Shown in pieces: positions 28,135 to 37,830 of a DNA stretch of 58,133 nt (position 1 is its first letter; each line of letters starts with the position of its first letter). Source of the stretch: a virus (lineage: Duplodnaviria > Caudoviricetes); the IMG/VR virus record IMGVR_UViG_3300050161_000124, positions 1 to 58,133 of that record; one strand, written 5' to 3'. The notes under the pieces are model-generated. The model searched no databases. It was not told the DNA's origin and saw nothing but the letters and a program-made list of their open reading frames with translations. Made by a program: the position numbers and the translations under genes.

Positions 28135-29119
28135 CCCTAGTAAAGTAATGAGGGTTGCACAATATAGAATTTTAACAAGGATCTTGGATAAAGTTAGTAT
28201 CCCAGACTATATCCACGGATTCGAGACGGGCAAGTCAATACCGAAAATGGCTCAATCACACGTCGGAAAGGACGTTGTGATTAGTTTGGACATCAAAGAA
28301 TTCTTCCCTTCCATCAGACAGTATATGGTCAAAGCCATGCTGATCCAGATGGGGATAGAAGACACGGCAGCTACCGTCTTGAGCGAGCTATGTACTTACA
28401 AGTACTACGTTCCTCAAGGCTCATTGACTGCGCCAAAAATTAGTAACATCGTCGCAGCTGGCACCTTTGGTCCAGCAATAGAAGCATTCTGTAAACCTCT
28501 AGGGATTACTATGACTATCTATGCGGACGATATTACCTTATCTTACACCAACGATGCTCCTAGCTTAGAGGAAGCTAAGGCGTTCACAAGAGCTGTAATT
28601 ACGTTCGTAACTGAACAGGTCAAAGCTGCCGGCTTCGAAATCAATAAGGCCAAAACTAAGATTATGAGGCCTCATAATCGGCAGTGGGTTTGCGGTGCTG
28701 TGGTTAACCAAAAAGTCAACATGCGTAAGAAAGAACGTATGTCCTTAAGGGCTCTGGTTCACAACTGTAGTATTAACGGAGTAGAGGTAGAGGCAAAGAA
28801 GTCTAATCTACCAACGGAAGCTTTTATTAGAAAGTACGCTGGGCGGATTAACTGGTTTCACCAACTAAACCCTACCGCAGGGCTACCTTTAAAGCTCGGG
28901 TTCAAAACTGAGAGTGACAAATTTTTGAAGCATCATCCGGACGTTGTTATTCCGGAGTTGGCCTGGCAGTCTATCGAGAATCCTACCCCGGAAACTCTGT
29001 CCCCTACCGGCTTTCTTGAAACTACTGGGGATTTTAAGGTTACAACCCCGACCCAATCTACACCCTCATTTCTACCGGACGCGATAGAAAAGAAGGTGTT
29101 GGAAACCTGTCCTTTTTAA
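27893..29119 (+). CDS. retron-type reverse transcriptase
   Basis: HY....IRKK...R....P, HGF..GKSI, region X-like MAQSH, LDIKEFFPSI, PQGSLTAPKISN, YADDITLS, INKAKTK, region Y-like VCGAVVN. Confidence 0.9.
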   Translation: MMTSPTTTSSPPQEVPVAYAPYLISVSATQVPKLKTATELSTLLGWTNSKQLTWLSKAKNEHYSVISIRKKATSKLRKVHNPSKVMRVAQYRILTRILDKVSIPDYIHGFETGKSIPKMAQSHVGKDVVISLDIKEFFPSIRQYMVKAMLIQMGIEDTAATVLSELCTYKYYVPQGSLTAPKISNIVAAGTFGPAIEAFCKPLGITMTIYADDITLSYTNDAPSLEEAKAFTRAVITFVTEQVKAAGFEINKAKTKIMRPHNRQWVCGAVVNQKVNMRKKERMSLRALVHNCSINGVEVEAKKSNLPTEAFIRKYAGRINWFHQLNPTAGLPLKLGFKTESDKFLKHHPDVVIPELAWQSIENPTPETLSPTGFLETTGDFKVTTPTQSTPSFLPDAIEKKVLETCPF

Positions 29120-29148
29120 AAACTAGAATCTTAGAGCTTTAACTTACC

Positions 29149-29379
29149 ATGACTAAACAAGTTCGTATTGAGAATGCTGACACGACACCTTATAAGGTAA
29201 TCGTCGAAATCTGGGAAAAAGGGGCGGAGCTACCCGATGGTCTAGGTGGTTTCAATCAAACCCCAGATACTCTAGTTCGCACGATCAGCTTGAATCGCCC
29301 TACTGACATGACAGGGGACGGAGTATATGTAACTAATACGCGCTACCTCGTAGTTAAGGAAGCACCTGCCGGGCCGTAG
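29149..29379 (+). CDS. hypothetical protein
   Basis: 76 aa ORF between the RT and the terminator. Confidence 0.7.
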   Translation: MTKQVRIENADTTPYKVIVEIWEKGAELPDGLGGFNQTPDTLVRTISLNRPTDMTGDGVYVTNTRYLVVKEAPAGP

Positions 29380-29394
29380 TAAGCAGCTCTCAAT

Positions 29395-29424
29395 AAAGAT
29401 CTTGAGCTTTCAAGGTCTTTTTTT
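29395..29424 (+). terminator. intrinsic terminator closing the RT island
   Basis: AAAGATCTTGA-GCTT-TCAAGGTCTTT followed by a T run. Confidence 0.75.
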
Positions 29425-29453
29425 AGCTAGCCTAAGTACTTTAAAATATAGGC

Positions 29454-29708
29454 ATGAAATACACTAACTGCATAATCTTTTCTATTAAACTTTTTACGAG
29501 AAGAAGCAGGAAGAGTAAGGTAGGATACTTGGTTATTAGAAAGTCTCACTGGGGTTTATTCCCTCATGTAACTTACGGTAGACTGCGTAAGGATGGTACC
29601 TTAGCGATAGTAGGTTATACTGCGATAAATAAGAGGTGGTGGACTACAATTTTACCTTTGTATAAGGGTAGGGTATCCTGGGGTGAGAGATCTAAAGACG
29701 AGATGTAA
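29454..29708 (+). CDS. small basic hypothetical protein
   Basis: 84 aa; TAAAAT-N6-ATG upstream. Confidence 0.6.
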   Translation: MKYTNCIIFSIKLFTRRSRKSKVGYLVIRKSHWGLFPHVTYGRLRKDGTLAIVGYTAINKRWWTTILPLYKGRVSWGERSKDEM

Positions 29709-29731
29709 AAAACCCGCTGACTAGGCGGGTT
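29707..29731 (-). terminator. intrinsic terminator
   Basis: AACCCGC-N7-GCGGGTT with an A run on the plus strand; near-identical to 31684-31708. Confidence 0.75.
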
Positions 29732-29756
29732 AAGTGTTTGATAATGCCCCGGCCTA

Positions 29757-30443
29757 TTAGATAATAGCAGTTACTCGGCCAGAACCGTCAAAGGTAACTG
29801 AGCGCGAAGAGCCTAGTGAGCTAGTAATAGTAGCATGGGTTGAATCCGGATAAGCCACCGTGAAAGTCACAGTACCGACGGTATAACCAGAAACTCTCGA
29901 CGATCCGTCGTATGTAACTCCAGAAATCCCTGACGTCGCTACGAGGGCTTGAGTGGCAACGACTTGAGCGGCACTAAGTCCATTGAATACAGTACTGGCC
30001 CCAGTCCCCCAGGCACCAGCAGCTTTTGTGTAGTATAGTTGAGCGGCAAAGTCTACTGAGATGTCCCCATTAGTACCGGTTCCACTAGCAGGCTGGCCTG
30101 CAGCCGACAAAGCAACATTAGAGTCCGCAGCTAGAGTCACTGTCTTTCCTAACCCCAGACTAACTACGTTAGCATGACTAGCAGCGGCATTAGCCGCGTC
30201 AGTGCCACCCGTAGTTAGGGTCCAGATTCTAGAACCCGCTTCCCCAATGATGTCCAGTCTCTCACCGTTCTGGTAGAGACCTACAGAGTTAGCTGCGATT
30301 CTGGCTCTCTCAGCAGTGACTGCTGCATTGAACTCAGCTCGGGTCAACTGCTTTGTAACCCCGGAGATCTGAGCTAGTGAAGATCTGTTAATAAGGGGTA
30401 GGCCGTCGTCGCCTTTGGCCAGTGAAGAAGCAATGGTAGTCAT
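29757..30443 (-). CDS. short fibre/tailspike-like protein; N-terminus paralogous to 38792..40978
   Basis: First ~165 aa nearly identical to the 728-aa protein. Confidence 0.7.
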   Translation of the reverse strand: MTTIASSLAKGDDGLPLINRSSLAQISGVTKQLTRAEFNAAVTAERARIAANSVGLYQNGERLDIIGEAGSRIWTLTTGGTDAANAAASHANVVSLGLGKTVTLAADSNVALSAAGQPASGTGTNGDISVDFAAQLYYTKAAGAWGTGASTVFNGLSAAQVVATQALVATSGISGVTYDGSSRVSGYTVGTVTFTVAYPDSTHATITSSLGSSRSVTFDGSGRVTAII

Positions 30444-30485
30444 AGTTGTTTAGTTTATCTATTAGAAGCTAACCTATATTTTAAG

Positions 30486-31646
30486 TTAAGAAATGGCTAC
30501 GCCGCCACTAGTTATATTAACTGAGTGACCCCCATTACTTAACCTAGTTAATCCCGGGGAAATGAGTGTAAACCCAGACCCGTTAGTTAAAGTAATATCT
30601 CCGTCAGTCAAAGTAACACTACTTCCCCCAAACGAGACTACGATATTAGCAGATTGCATATTTATCAACCCAGAGCTAAACGAACCTCTAATACCATCGT
30701 GGTCCATGATCAAATCAGCCCCATCTTTATGTACCGCATGGATGCTAGCCTCATTGATCGTAACCGTGTTTTGGTTATTCCAGGTTATTTGAATCTGTTC
30801 TGCGGTTGAACTAACTCTGGTAATGTGAGTACCGTTGTTAACGATAACCTCCTCTTCTCCTACGTCATTGATGCTACGATGCATGAATTCTAAAGGAGTA
30901 GGAGTAGTCTGAGTAACCTGTTCTTTATAGATTATTGAGGTAGAGGTAGGGGTCCCTGTATAGGAATCATAGTTAGTCTTAGCTGTTTCGGATAAAGCCA
31001 CGTCGCCGTAGTGAAAGTGAAGGTTATAATCCTCGCTCTTAGCTTTAAGAAAGTCTTTGGAGTAACCAGTGTACCGGTAAAGCCTACCCTTGTAGTTTCT
31101 AATTACATCAGAGCTAAGGTCTGTGAAATGGGCCCAGTTACGGGATACGATTCTAACTAAGCCAGTAAGGTTGGACATAAGCATTTCTGCTCCTCGTCCT
31201 GCCCTAATAACAGTAGAGCCGCCCCTTAGCAGAGCTAAAAACGAGCCTCCTACCGTACTGAGAATTCTATCTCCTGAGATCAAGTCCTTAGGCTTACTCT
31301 TATCTCCGTAAGTGTCAGAAGAGGGGCCGTAGAGCCCCGTGTCTATAGACTGTTCTCCCGAGCTAATACTAAGAGAAGCGAATTCCCCCGACTGAGGCTT
31401 GGGTAAAAACCCTAGAATGATCGGGTAACCCAGCCCATAGCTAAGTACAACCCTGTCCCCCATTGAAGGGGTAACTCTGTCCGCACCTCGGCCCGAACCT
31501 CCTGAAGGCAACATCCATTGAACGTCGGGGAGAATTTGTCCTCTCATGGTTCTGACCTTACATAGGAATCGAATATGGTCTAATTGGAGAACCGTACCTT
31601 CTTCTATAGAATAGTCGGGTGGGGCTGCGTTTGAGAATAAAGACAT
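30486..31646 (-). CDS. baseplate central spike (gp5/gpV-like)
   Basis: OB-fold-like N-terminus (TPSMGDRVVL...PIILGFLP) and repetitive beta-strand C-terminus. Confidence 0.7.
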   Translation of the reverse strand: MSLFSNAAPPDYSIEEGTVLQLDHIRFLCKVRTMRGQILPDVQWMLPSGGSGRGADRVTPSMGDRVVLSYGLGYPIILGFLPKPQSGEFASLSISSGEQSIDTGLYGPSSDTYGDKSKPKDLISGDRILSTVGGSFLALLRGGSTVIRAGRGAEMLMSNLTGLVRIVSRNWAHFTDLSSDVIRNYKGRLYRYTGYSKDFLKAKSEDYNLHFHYGDVALSETAKTNYDSYTGTPTSTSIIYKEQVTQTTPTPLEFMHRSINDVGEEEVIVNNGTHITRVSSTAEQIQITWNNQNTVTINEASIHAVHKDGADLIMDHDGIRGSFSSGLINMQSANIVVSFGGSSVTLTDGDITLTNGSGFTLISPGLTRLSNGGHSVNITSGGVAIS

Positions 31647-31683
31647 ACTCGTATTGTAAGGTTTTTTTAGCTTAGTAGAAAGT

Positions 31684-31708
31684 AAAAACCCGCTGGTTAG
31701 GCGGGTTT
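31684..31708 (-). terminator. intrinsic terminator
   Basis: AAACCCGC-TGGTTAG-GCGGGTTT. Confidence 0.75.
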
Positions 31709-31728
31709 GGTCTAAGAGTTACTTAAGG

Positions 31729-32142
31729 TTAACCTAGGATGACTAGTTGCCCGGTCAAGGAGACCGAAAGGAAAATAGGATTTGGTAATAAAGAGGCAGC
31801 CTGTAAAGTAACTGACGTAGATAAGGCCGGCGTGCTGATATTTCCCGCAGCGTCCTTAACTCTAACCTTAATTTGATCGGTTGCGCTTGGAGTCCTGCCT
31901 GTTACGTTTACCGTTAAGACGTTGCCCAGTGTTGTGTAACTAGTACCACCATTAAGGCTGTATTCGTATGCCACCACCCCAATATTATCGGCCCCCGCAG
32001 GCCAGGCTAGAGTATAACTAGTAGAGGTTATAGCACTAACAGTAATAGAGCCGACGAGTGTTGGTAAAGTGACGTCGGCGCCACCGCCTATGTCACCAAC
32101 CCCATAAGCAAAGCCGGTAAATGTTGGAATACCGTACTGCAT
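31729..32142 (-). CDS. fibronectin type III domain virion protein (cassette A)
   Basis: LAWPAGADNIGVVAYEY...VRVKDAAGNIS FN3 motif; paralog of 41106..41522. Confidence 0.75.
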   Translation of the reverse strand: MQYGIPTFTGFAYGVGDIGGGADVTLPTLVGSITVSAITSTSYTLAWPAGADNIGVVAYEYSLNGGTSYTTLGNVLTVNVTGRTPSATDQIKVRVKDAAGNISTPALSTSVTLQAASLLPNPIFLSVSLTGQLVILG

Positions 32143-32145
32143 TTT

Positions 32146-34395
32146 TTAACCTGCCACGAAAGACTTAGCGCCACGACTGGCGCCCGTACTATTAAACGCC
32201 AAGACTAAGTACGTGACGCCTGAAGTTAAAGCGGGGTCGGTAATAGTCAAGGTTCCATCAGAAGCGGTAGTCAAACTGCTTAGAGATAAGATGACGTTGC
32301 GCGTGCTAGGATCAATAACTAGTACGTTAGGTAAAGCTGTAGTAGCTAGTAAGGCATTAGTTACCGGATCTCTGAAGGGGTCAGTGAGAATTTTAGTAGC
32401 GGCAGCACCGGCCACAACGTCAGCAAGCGTAGCTCCTAACGGGACCGCTAACGTAGTGTTATCTTTAAGAACCGCAGATACATCTGGGTCTGCGCCGTAC
32501 CCACTTCGTACGGTAGGATTACCGGTGAATACCGCTGCTGCGGTCAGCCGAACTGTAGTAGCGTTAAGTCGTACGGCACTGGCTAGAGTAACCTTAGTCC
32601 CTGAACCGTCCAGTAAGTCAATACCAGTGATACCAGTTACGGGTGTAAAGTCAGTGCCTTTGCCATGGCTAATAGTAACATCAACGATAGTATTAGATAC
32701 CTTAGTTGCACCCGAGATAATCGGGCCACGACCGATAGCAGAAGCAACCCCATACCTAGACGAGAACGCATGACCGATCAGACGACCGACTTGTCTATTA
32801 CCCTCTACCGATAAGTGTAGGTCACCTTCTAATCCATAAACGTGGATCAGGCTGTTACCCGTATCTGCAGCAACGGTTGCATGAGCGTCCCGAATACCCT
32901 CGTACCCAATGTCACCGACGGAGCCGGCCGTAGCAGTAAATCCGCTACGACCAAGACCCATGATAATAACCTTGATGCCATCGGGGCCAGAGCGGTCAGC
33001 GCGAATTTGAGCTAACATAGCCCGCAACGACGCCATGTACGAAGTTGGGGTTGTACCGTTTGTTACGTCTTGGTTACCCTGCCACCAGATAAACCCCGAC
33101 AGCTTACCCCCCTGCGCGATCAGAGAAGTTTCCCAGGCCGTGTAGACTGAAGTCTTAGTGCCAGTCCACCAATTACTGAGCGGTTGACTAGCCTGTGCGC
33201 TAATCACCCAGCATACCGGGCAGTCCATCAGGGTGTTAATAGCGTTGTTAGTCTGAACCTTACCGATGCCATAGGATGGGTATGGGGCTGTAGGGTACGA
33301 CGCGTAGGCTCCGTTGGCCCACATAACTTGGCGATTACTATCTTGCGTCTCAGGGCCAGCGTAGGTATTCCAATAATCAGCCAGGGATTGACCAAATACC
33401 CCGATCACCAAACCTACGCCCCATAAATTCGTGGAAACTGAAGTCGTCGAAGTCGTCGTAGACTTACGTACTCTAGTTCGATACCAGCCCCCGCGAGGTA
33501 CAGTCATGGTACCAGAATAAGAAGCGCCTGTAGCAATATTACTAGCAATCGTAGTCCAAGCCACAATAACGGTTCCCGTTAAAGACTCAATTTGAGCTTG
33601 GATGTTTTCAGTACTCCCTGTAACTGTACCAGAGATTGCAACGCTAGCGGAGCCTGCACCACCTTCAATAACTGTATAGTTTAGTTTTTCGTCAACAGTA
33701 ATACCTTCGACTGGCGGCGGCGGCGTCGACTCTGTGAAACCAGACAGGGCGATAAGATGCTCGTTACCAGCGCCAGTGTATGCAGATAGTGCGCCGGTGT
33801 CCCCAACAGTAGTCTTGGTCGCCGCCGTAATCATGGTGTTACACTGAGGCGATACGCTGTAAGCACTATCGACGTACAGGCTCATCGTCCCGTTAGTAGG
33901 ATTTGTACTAACTACAGTAGTGCCTGCAGCAGTGGAGGGGTCAGTGGCGCACTTAATTACAGTTGACCCACCGGCATTACCTACGGTGGTATTAAGGATC
34001 GCAATAACTAAGTCGCCGGAGGCTGTAGTAGTAATACCAGTAGTAGTAGCAAGGGTAAGACCGGAAGTGCTGGCAGCAGTTACTGCACTTAGTGCTGCAA
34101 AGTTGCCGCTACTAGGTCGGAATACAGTAATTACAACGCTATACAAACCGCCAGGAGCAGTAAAGCCCGTGGCAGGAGCAGAAGCTCCTCTTTTAATCCA
34201 GAAGGTCTGTTGGGCAGTTTGATTACTGGTAATTCTATTATATAAAGCAGTCCAACCACCACCAGAGGGGGGGGCCGCTGTAATATCTACAGCACCTACG
34301 TGCGTTACTAGGATTAAGTCACCAGTGGTAGTGCCGGTAGGGAGGGCTGGTACGCTGCCAAATCCGCGTGCAAAGCCTACATAGGTCCAAGACAT
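32146..34395 (-). CDS. virion protein with SGNH/sialate O-acetylesterase-like domain
   Basis: GVFGQSLA, IWWQGNQD and DLHLS SGNH-type motifs inside a Thr-rich structural protein. Confidence 0.7.
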   Translation of the reverse strand: MSWTYVGFARGFGSVPALPTGTTTGDLILVTHVGAVDITAAPPSGGGWTALYNRITSNQTAQQTFWIKRGASAPATGFTAPGGLYSVVITVFRPSSGNFAALSAVTAASTSGLTLATTTGITTTASGDLVIAILNTTVGNAGGSTVIKCATDPSTAAGTTVVSTNPTNGTMSLYVDSAYSVSPQCNTMITAATKTTVGDTGALSAYTGAGNEHLIALSGFTESTPPPPVEGITVDEKLNYTVIEGGAGSASVAISGTVTGSTENIQAQIESLTGTVIVAWTTIASNIATGASYSGTMTVPRGGWYRTRVRKSTTTSTTSVSTNLWGVGLVIGVFGQSLADYWNTYAGPETQDSNRQVMWANGAYASYPTAPYPSYGIGKVQTNNAINTLMDCPVCWVISAQASQPLSNWWTGTKTSVYTAWETSLIAQGGKLSGFIWWQGNQDVTNGTTPTSYMASLRAMLAQIRADRSGPDGIKVIIMGLGRSGFTATAGSVGDIGYEGIRDAHATVAADTGNSLIHVYGLEGDLHLSVEGNRQVGRLIGHAFSSRYGVASAIGRGPIISGATKVSNTIVDVTISHGKGTDFTPVTGITGIDLLDGSGTKVTLASAVRLNATTVRLTAAAVFTGNPTVRSGYGADPDVSAVLKDNTTLAVPLGATLADVVAGAAATKILTDPFRDPVTNALLATTALPNVLVIDPSTRNVILSLSSLTTASDGTLTITDPALTSGVTYLVLAFNSTGASRGAKSFVAG

Positions 34396-34475
34396 TTCAT
34401 TCCTTTAATTAGTTATTTTAAATTCTTAACTTACTCTTAAGTTTAGTAGCCTCTAATTTTATTCTTAGTACCAGT

Positions 34476-34997
34476 TTAGTTAATCATTACGAGTTGGCCG
34501 GTCTTCGACATTGCGCTTCGAATATCTCCCCCCGCAATGATTAGTAATCGGCCTGCGAAATCGATACTTAACATGGCTTGCTGAATGTTTACAGGTTGTA
34601 CTACACCACTTAGGCTGCCTGCAGCAATTACGTCGTTAAAAGTTATCGTCGCACCTAAATTAGATCCACCAATAGATGCAGTTGCAGTTGTCACGCCCCT
34701 ATCGACGCCATCTACAAAGACGCGAAATGCAAAGTTATACGTTCCATCAGGGGCACCAGATAGAACAAAAGACCCGTCCTCGTAAGCGAATAAAGTACCT
34801 GATGCAGGAGGAGTGACTATTAGCCCTCGGATTTCAACGGGGGCATCTGCGGGCAAGTTCAGACTTGGGTATAAATAACTAGGGCCATGCTCTCCAACTG
34901 CAGGGATTGCATCGGCTCGGGCACCCAACCCTGTATCTCCGATTACTAAAGCCCCGGAGATCAGTTCTGCTGGATCAATCCTAAGGCTTGTGCTCAT
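34476..34997 (-). CDS. virion protein (cassette A), paralog of 41796..42314
   Basis: Highly similar sequence (IGDTGLG...YEDGSF.L.GAP.G.Y.F.FRVF.DGVD). Confidence 0.7.
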   Translation of the reverse strand: MSTSLRIDPAELISGALVIGDTGLGARADAIPAVGEHGPSYLYPSLNLPADAPVEIRGLIVTPPASGTLFAYEDGSFVLSGAPDGTYNFAFRVFVDGVDRGVTTATASIGGSNLGATITFNDVIAAGSLSGVVQPVNIQQAMLSIDFAGRLLIIAGGDIRSAMSKTGQLVMIN

Positions 34998-36025
34998 GCA
35001 GCTATTCCGATAGGAAGTCTACGACCTAAGCTAGACGAGGTTAAATCTACTTCGTATGTATAGCTAGTGCCGGGAGTCAGGGCTGCGTCAACTATAGATA
35101 CAACCCCGCTACCGTTGCTAGTAAGACCTGATTGCTTTGCCACTAAATTCCCCGTAGTTACGCTGTACACGTTTACGATAACCCCGGTAAGGTTTACTAG
35201 TAGTGTACCTGCGTTGTTCTTTAGAGGAGGAGTAGTGATTACTCCCGGTTGTTGTCCTAGAATACCCGCTATAATGAAGTCTGCCAGTGTAACATTACCA
35301 GATAACGTACCTGGTGTTACAGAGCTAAATCCACCTGCAGATACGAAGTCATCTGCAACTACAGTACCTGATAGAGTAGGTGCAACAGCTCTAGTAATCG
35401 GATGACTGCCTGAGGTAACCGGGGCTCCATAGGCAGTAAAAGTTCTACCATTAACGCCGGTCAAGCTACTGGAGTTCAGCAAAGACCAGGCTTCGATTAG
35501 AGTGCCTGCAGAAACAGTCTCAGGCTTACCGCCTGCTCTTAGTAGATCCCATTCTGTAGAACTAAGTTCAGTACTCCATACCGCAGCTTCGGCTAGGTCC
35601 CCAGAAAAGTACGTGTTTGCCCCATTGGCTACGACAGGATTGCCGCCTATAGTTACCAAATTAAAGCCAGATAGAGAATCTCCTATAGCATAGGTATCTG
35701 TAGCTGGCGTAGTAGTTGCAGCTCCTACGTACACTTTTAACAAGCCTGCGGCGCTGCGGGTGAGTAACGTCGGCTGCCACGCCCCAGTAATAGATTGGTT
35801 GCCTATATTCTGGTAGTTACCGCTTACAGCATAAGTACCTTCAACCGTACCTGCGCTGTTAACGTTGATCTGTACTTTACTAGATACCCCGACCTGTCCT
35901 GCCCCAAAAGCAACTCCAGGAGAGGTTAAAGCTCTGGCCCATACAAAAATACTTATAGGTAGAGTAGACTTTAGGTTACCTGACCAAGCTAAGGTCTGAG
36001 ACGACCCATTAAATGCAATACCCAT
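34994..36025 (-). CDS. LamG/ConA-like lectin domain virion protein (cassette A)
   Basis: FSGDLAEAAVWSTELS LamG signature; C-terminal domain shared with 42311..43630. Confidence 0.7.
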   Translation of the reverse strand: MGIAFNGSSQTLAWSGNLKSTLPISIFVWARALTSPGVAFGAGQVGVSSKVQINVNSAGTVEGTYAVSGNYQNIGNQSITGAWQPTLLTRSAAGLLKVYVGAATTTPATDTYAIGDSLSGFNLVTIGGNPVVANGANTYFSGDLAEAAVWSTELSSTEWDLLRAGGKPETVSAGTLIEAWSLLNSSSLTGVNGRTFTAYGAPVTSGSHPITRAVAPTLSGTVVADDFVSAGGFSSVTPGTLSGNVTLADFIIAGILGQQPGVITTPPLKNNAGTLLVNLTGVIVNVYSVTTGNLVAKQSGLTSNGSGVVSIVDAALTPGTSYTYEVDLTSSSLGRRLPIGIAA

Positions 36026-36035
36026 TATGTTACCT

Positions 36036-37184
36036 TTAAACGGCGGTTTTTAGAAAATACATAAGATCAGTACGCGTAGGAGTATACACGATACCTTTTA
36101 ACGAGGGGATGAAGGACCACCTAGCGTTAACCCCGCTGCCCTGTACGGTAGGTAAAGTCGCCCCGGTAAACACTATCAAATCAATCTGCCAGGTAGTGGT
36201 ATTGTTAGGTGTAATTTTATAAGTTTTCCCACCTAGGCCAGAATACCACCAGTAGCACTGATTAATCGAGTCGTACGTTAGTCCAGCATACTGCGGAATG
36301 TCTGTAGCTATTTGAGCTAAAGCAGTAGACCCTGTTAGAGTAATATTATTAGCAGTCAATAAACTGCGGTTAATAACTACCGCTTTAATACCTCCTGCAG
36401 CACTACCCTGCCCATCACCGTATGATATGGAGAATAATTGATCTCGACTATCGTCGTATACTAAAGGCCTGCCGACCCCAAACCCGGGCAGGCCTGTTTT
36501 ATTAGAGATAGGATCGTCAAAACCAATACCTATTCGGTACCGCTTGTAAGATCCCATCCAAATTTCACCCGTAGAGGGGACAACGCATACGCCGTTATCA
36601 TAATCACTTGGTCTATCTGGGTAAGTACCTGCCGGGTCCCATAGATTCGTTGAAGGATTCCACCCATCCGTCTGAGGGGTACTAACTCCTGAGCCATATA
36701 CATATAAGCCCATATTAATAATACGATTAGCAGTAGGTACCCAGTGTACAAAAGTATAGTTATGTTTACTACTTGGAAGTCCGTCAGTATAGTACCGCAC
36801 ATCCGCGACTCTATTTCCCGCAGAAGACGGCGCAGTTCTTTGAACCCAAACAGGGTTATCTAGAGATAGGTCAAAAGAGTATACACCGTTATCAGAAGAG
36901 TCTCCGTGACCCCCGTTGCCTGCCCCTATTAATTCCGCACCTTTTACAGCCCATCCGCCATAAATATCCAGTGATCCTCTAGGGCCTGAATTGGAACCAG
37001 GTATGCTCATCCAAGTGTTTAGTACTGCATTAGCCAACCAAGCTGGCTGGCCAGAGTTGACATTACCAGCAGCAACAGTATTTGCTATTACAGTATTCCC
37101 GGCTAGACCACCGCCTCTAAACCGCCCGCCTACTGCCGACGAGCCGCTGGGAGCGCTATAATTAACCGCCGTCAACGTAACCAT
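36036..37184 (-). CDS. beta-propeller-like virion protein (cassette A), paralog of 43630..44862
   Basis: Shared VGGRFRGGGL, PAWL...LNTW, GGHG.S.DN and DG.P.S.H.Y motifs. Confidence 0.7.
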   Translation of the reverse strand: MVTLTAVNYSAPSGSSAVGGRFRGGGLAGNTVIANTVAAGNVNSGQPAWLANAVLNTWMSIPGSNSGPRGSLDIYGGWAVKGAELIGAGNGGHGDSSDNGVYSFDLSLDNPVWVQRTAPSSAGNRVADVRYYTDGLPSSKHNYTFVHWVPTANRIINMGLYVYGSGVSTPQTDGWNPSTNLWDPAGTYPDRPSDYDNGVCVVPSTGEIWMGSYKRYRIGIGFDDPISNKTGLPGFGVGRPLVYDDSRDQLFSISYGDGQGSAAGGIKAVVINRSLLTANNITLTGSTALAQIATDIPQYAGLTYDSINQCYWWYSGLGGKTYKITPNNTTTWQIDLIVFTGATLPTVQGSGVNARWSFIPSLKGIVYTPTRTDLMYFLKTAV

Positions 37185-37255
37185 TATAGGTTGGCGGCAG
37201 CCACAGTTATGTGTGATTGCAGCTTAGTATTACTAGTAGCAGTATAAAGAGTCAT
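37184..37255 (-). pseudogene. 23-codon internally deleted remnant of the 44862..45278 gene
   Basis: MTLYTATSNTKLQS-HITVAAANL* versus MTLSTAARNAELQS...LTLTAGNP*; same TAATG coupling to the next gene. Confidence 0.65.
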
Positions 37256-37370
37256 GGCTATATTATTACTTTTAAAGGTTAGGAATTTAAGTACAGTAGA
37301 GATAACAAATTATGGCTACATACTAAACAGAACAAGGGTAAAGAATCAACCTATATTTTAAACTCTATAG

Positions 37371-37829
37371 TTACTTCTCAAGCAAAGTAGCTTCGGAGTT
37401 TCTCCTAAGCACTAGCCCGGGTAAAACCTTACCCCCACCCCGAGTCCATTTAAGTAACTCTTTTTGAGCCTTGGGCCAGTCGCGGCTATTTAAAGCTTTC
37501 CTCAAGGTACTAGATTTGAGCCTACCTAATCCTAAGTTATACGAAAAGTCTACAATTGCAGCCAGCTTATAGTCTGACAGATTGGGGCATAAGGATATAA
37601 CCCCCGGTATATAAATGGACAAGAGTTGTTCCTGCAACAATACCTCGGCATGCTTCTGGGAGATCGCAGGGTCGGTTAGAGAGACAGGTTTACCAGGTCC
37701 GTAGAAGGTAGTACCGTAGCCTATAGTCGGAACCCCTGCAGGGCAGAGATAGGGTTTTAAACGTAGACCCTCAAACCGTCTACACAAGACGGAAACCTGT
37801 TCCACCACGACTGACAAGTCGTTGGCCAC
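37371..37829 (-). CDS. endolysin, GH24 phage lysozyme
   Basis: FEGLRLKPYLCPAGVPTIGYG, FSYNLG...SSTL, LPGLVLRR. Confidence 0.95.
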   Translation of the reverse strand: MANDLSVVVEQVSVLCRRFEGLRLKPYLCPAGVPTIGYGTTFYGPGKPVSLTDPAISQKHAEVLLQEQLLSIYIPGVISLCPNLSDYKLAAIVDFSYNLGLGRLKSSTLRKALNSRDWPKAQKELLKWTRGGGKVLPGLVLRRNSEATLLEK

Positions 37830-37830
37830 G

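Noticed and set aside
27893-29119. RT as a diversity-generating retroelement or group II intron
   Set aside because: Motifs are retron-like. I saw no Avd-like gene, no TR/VR pair differing at adenines, and no maturase/endonuclease domain or interrupted host gene.
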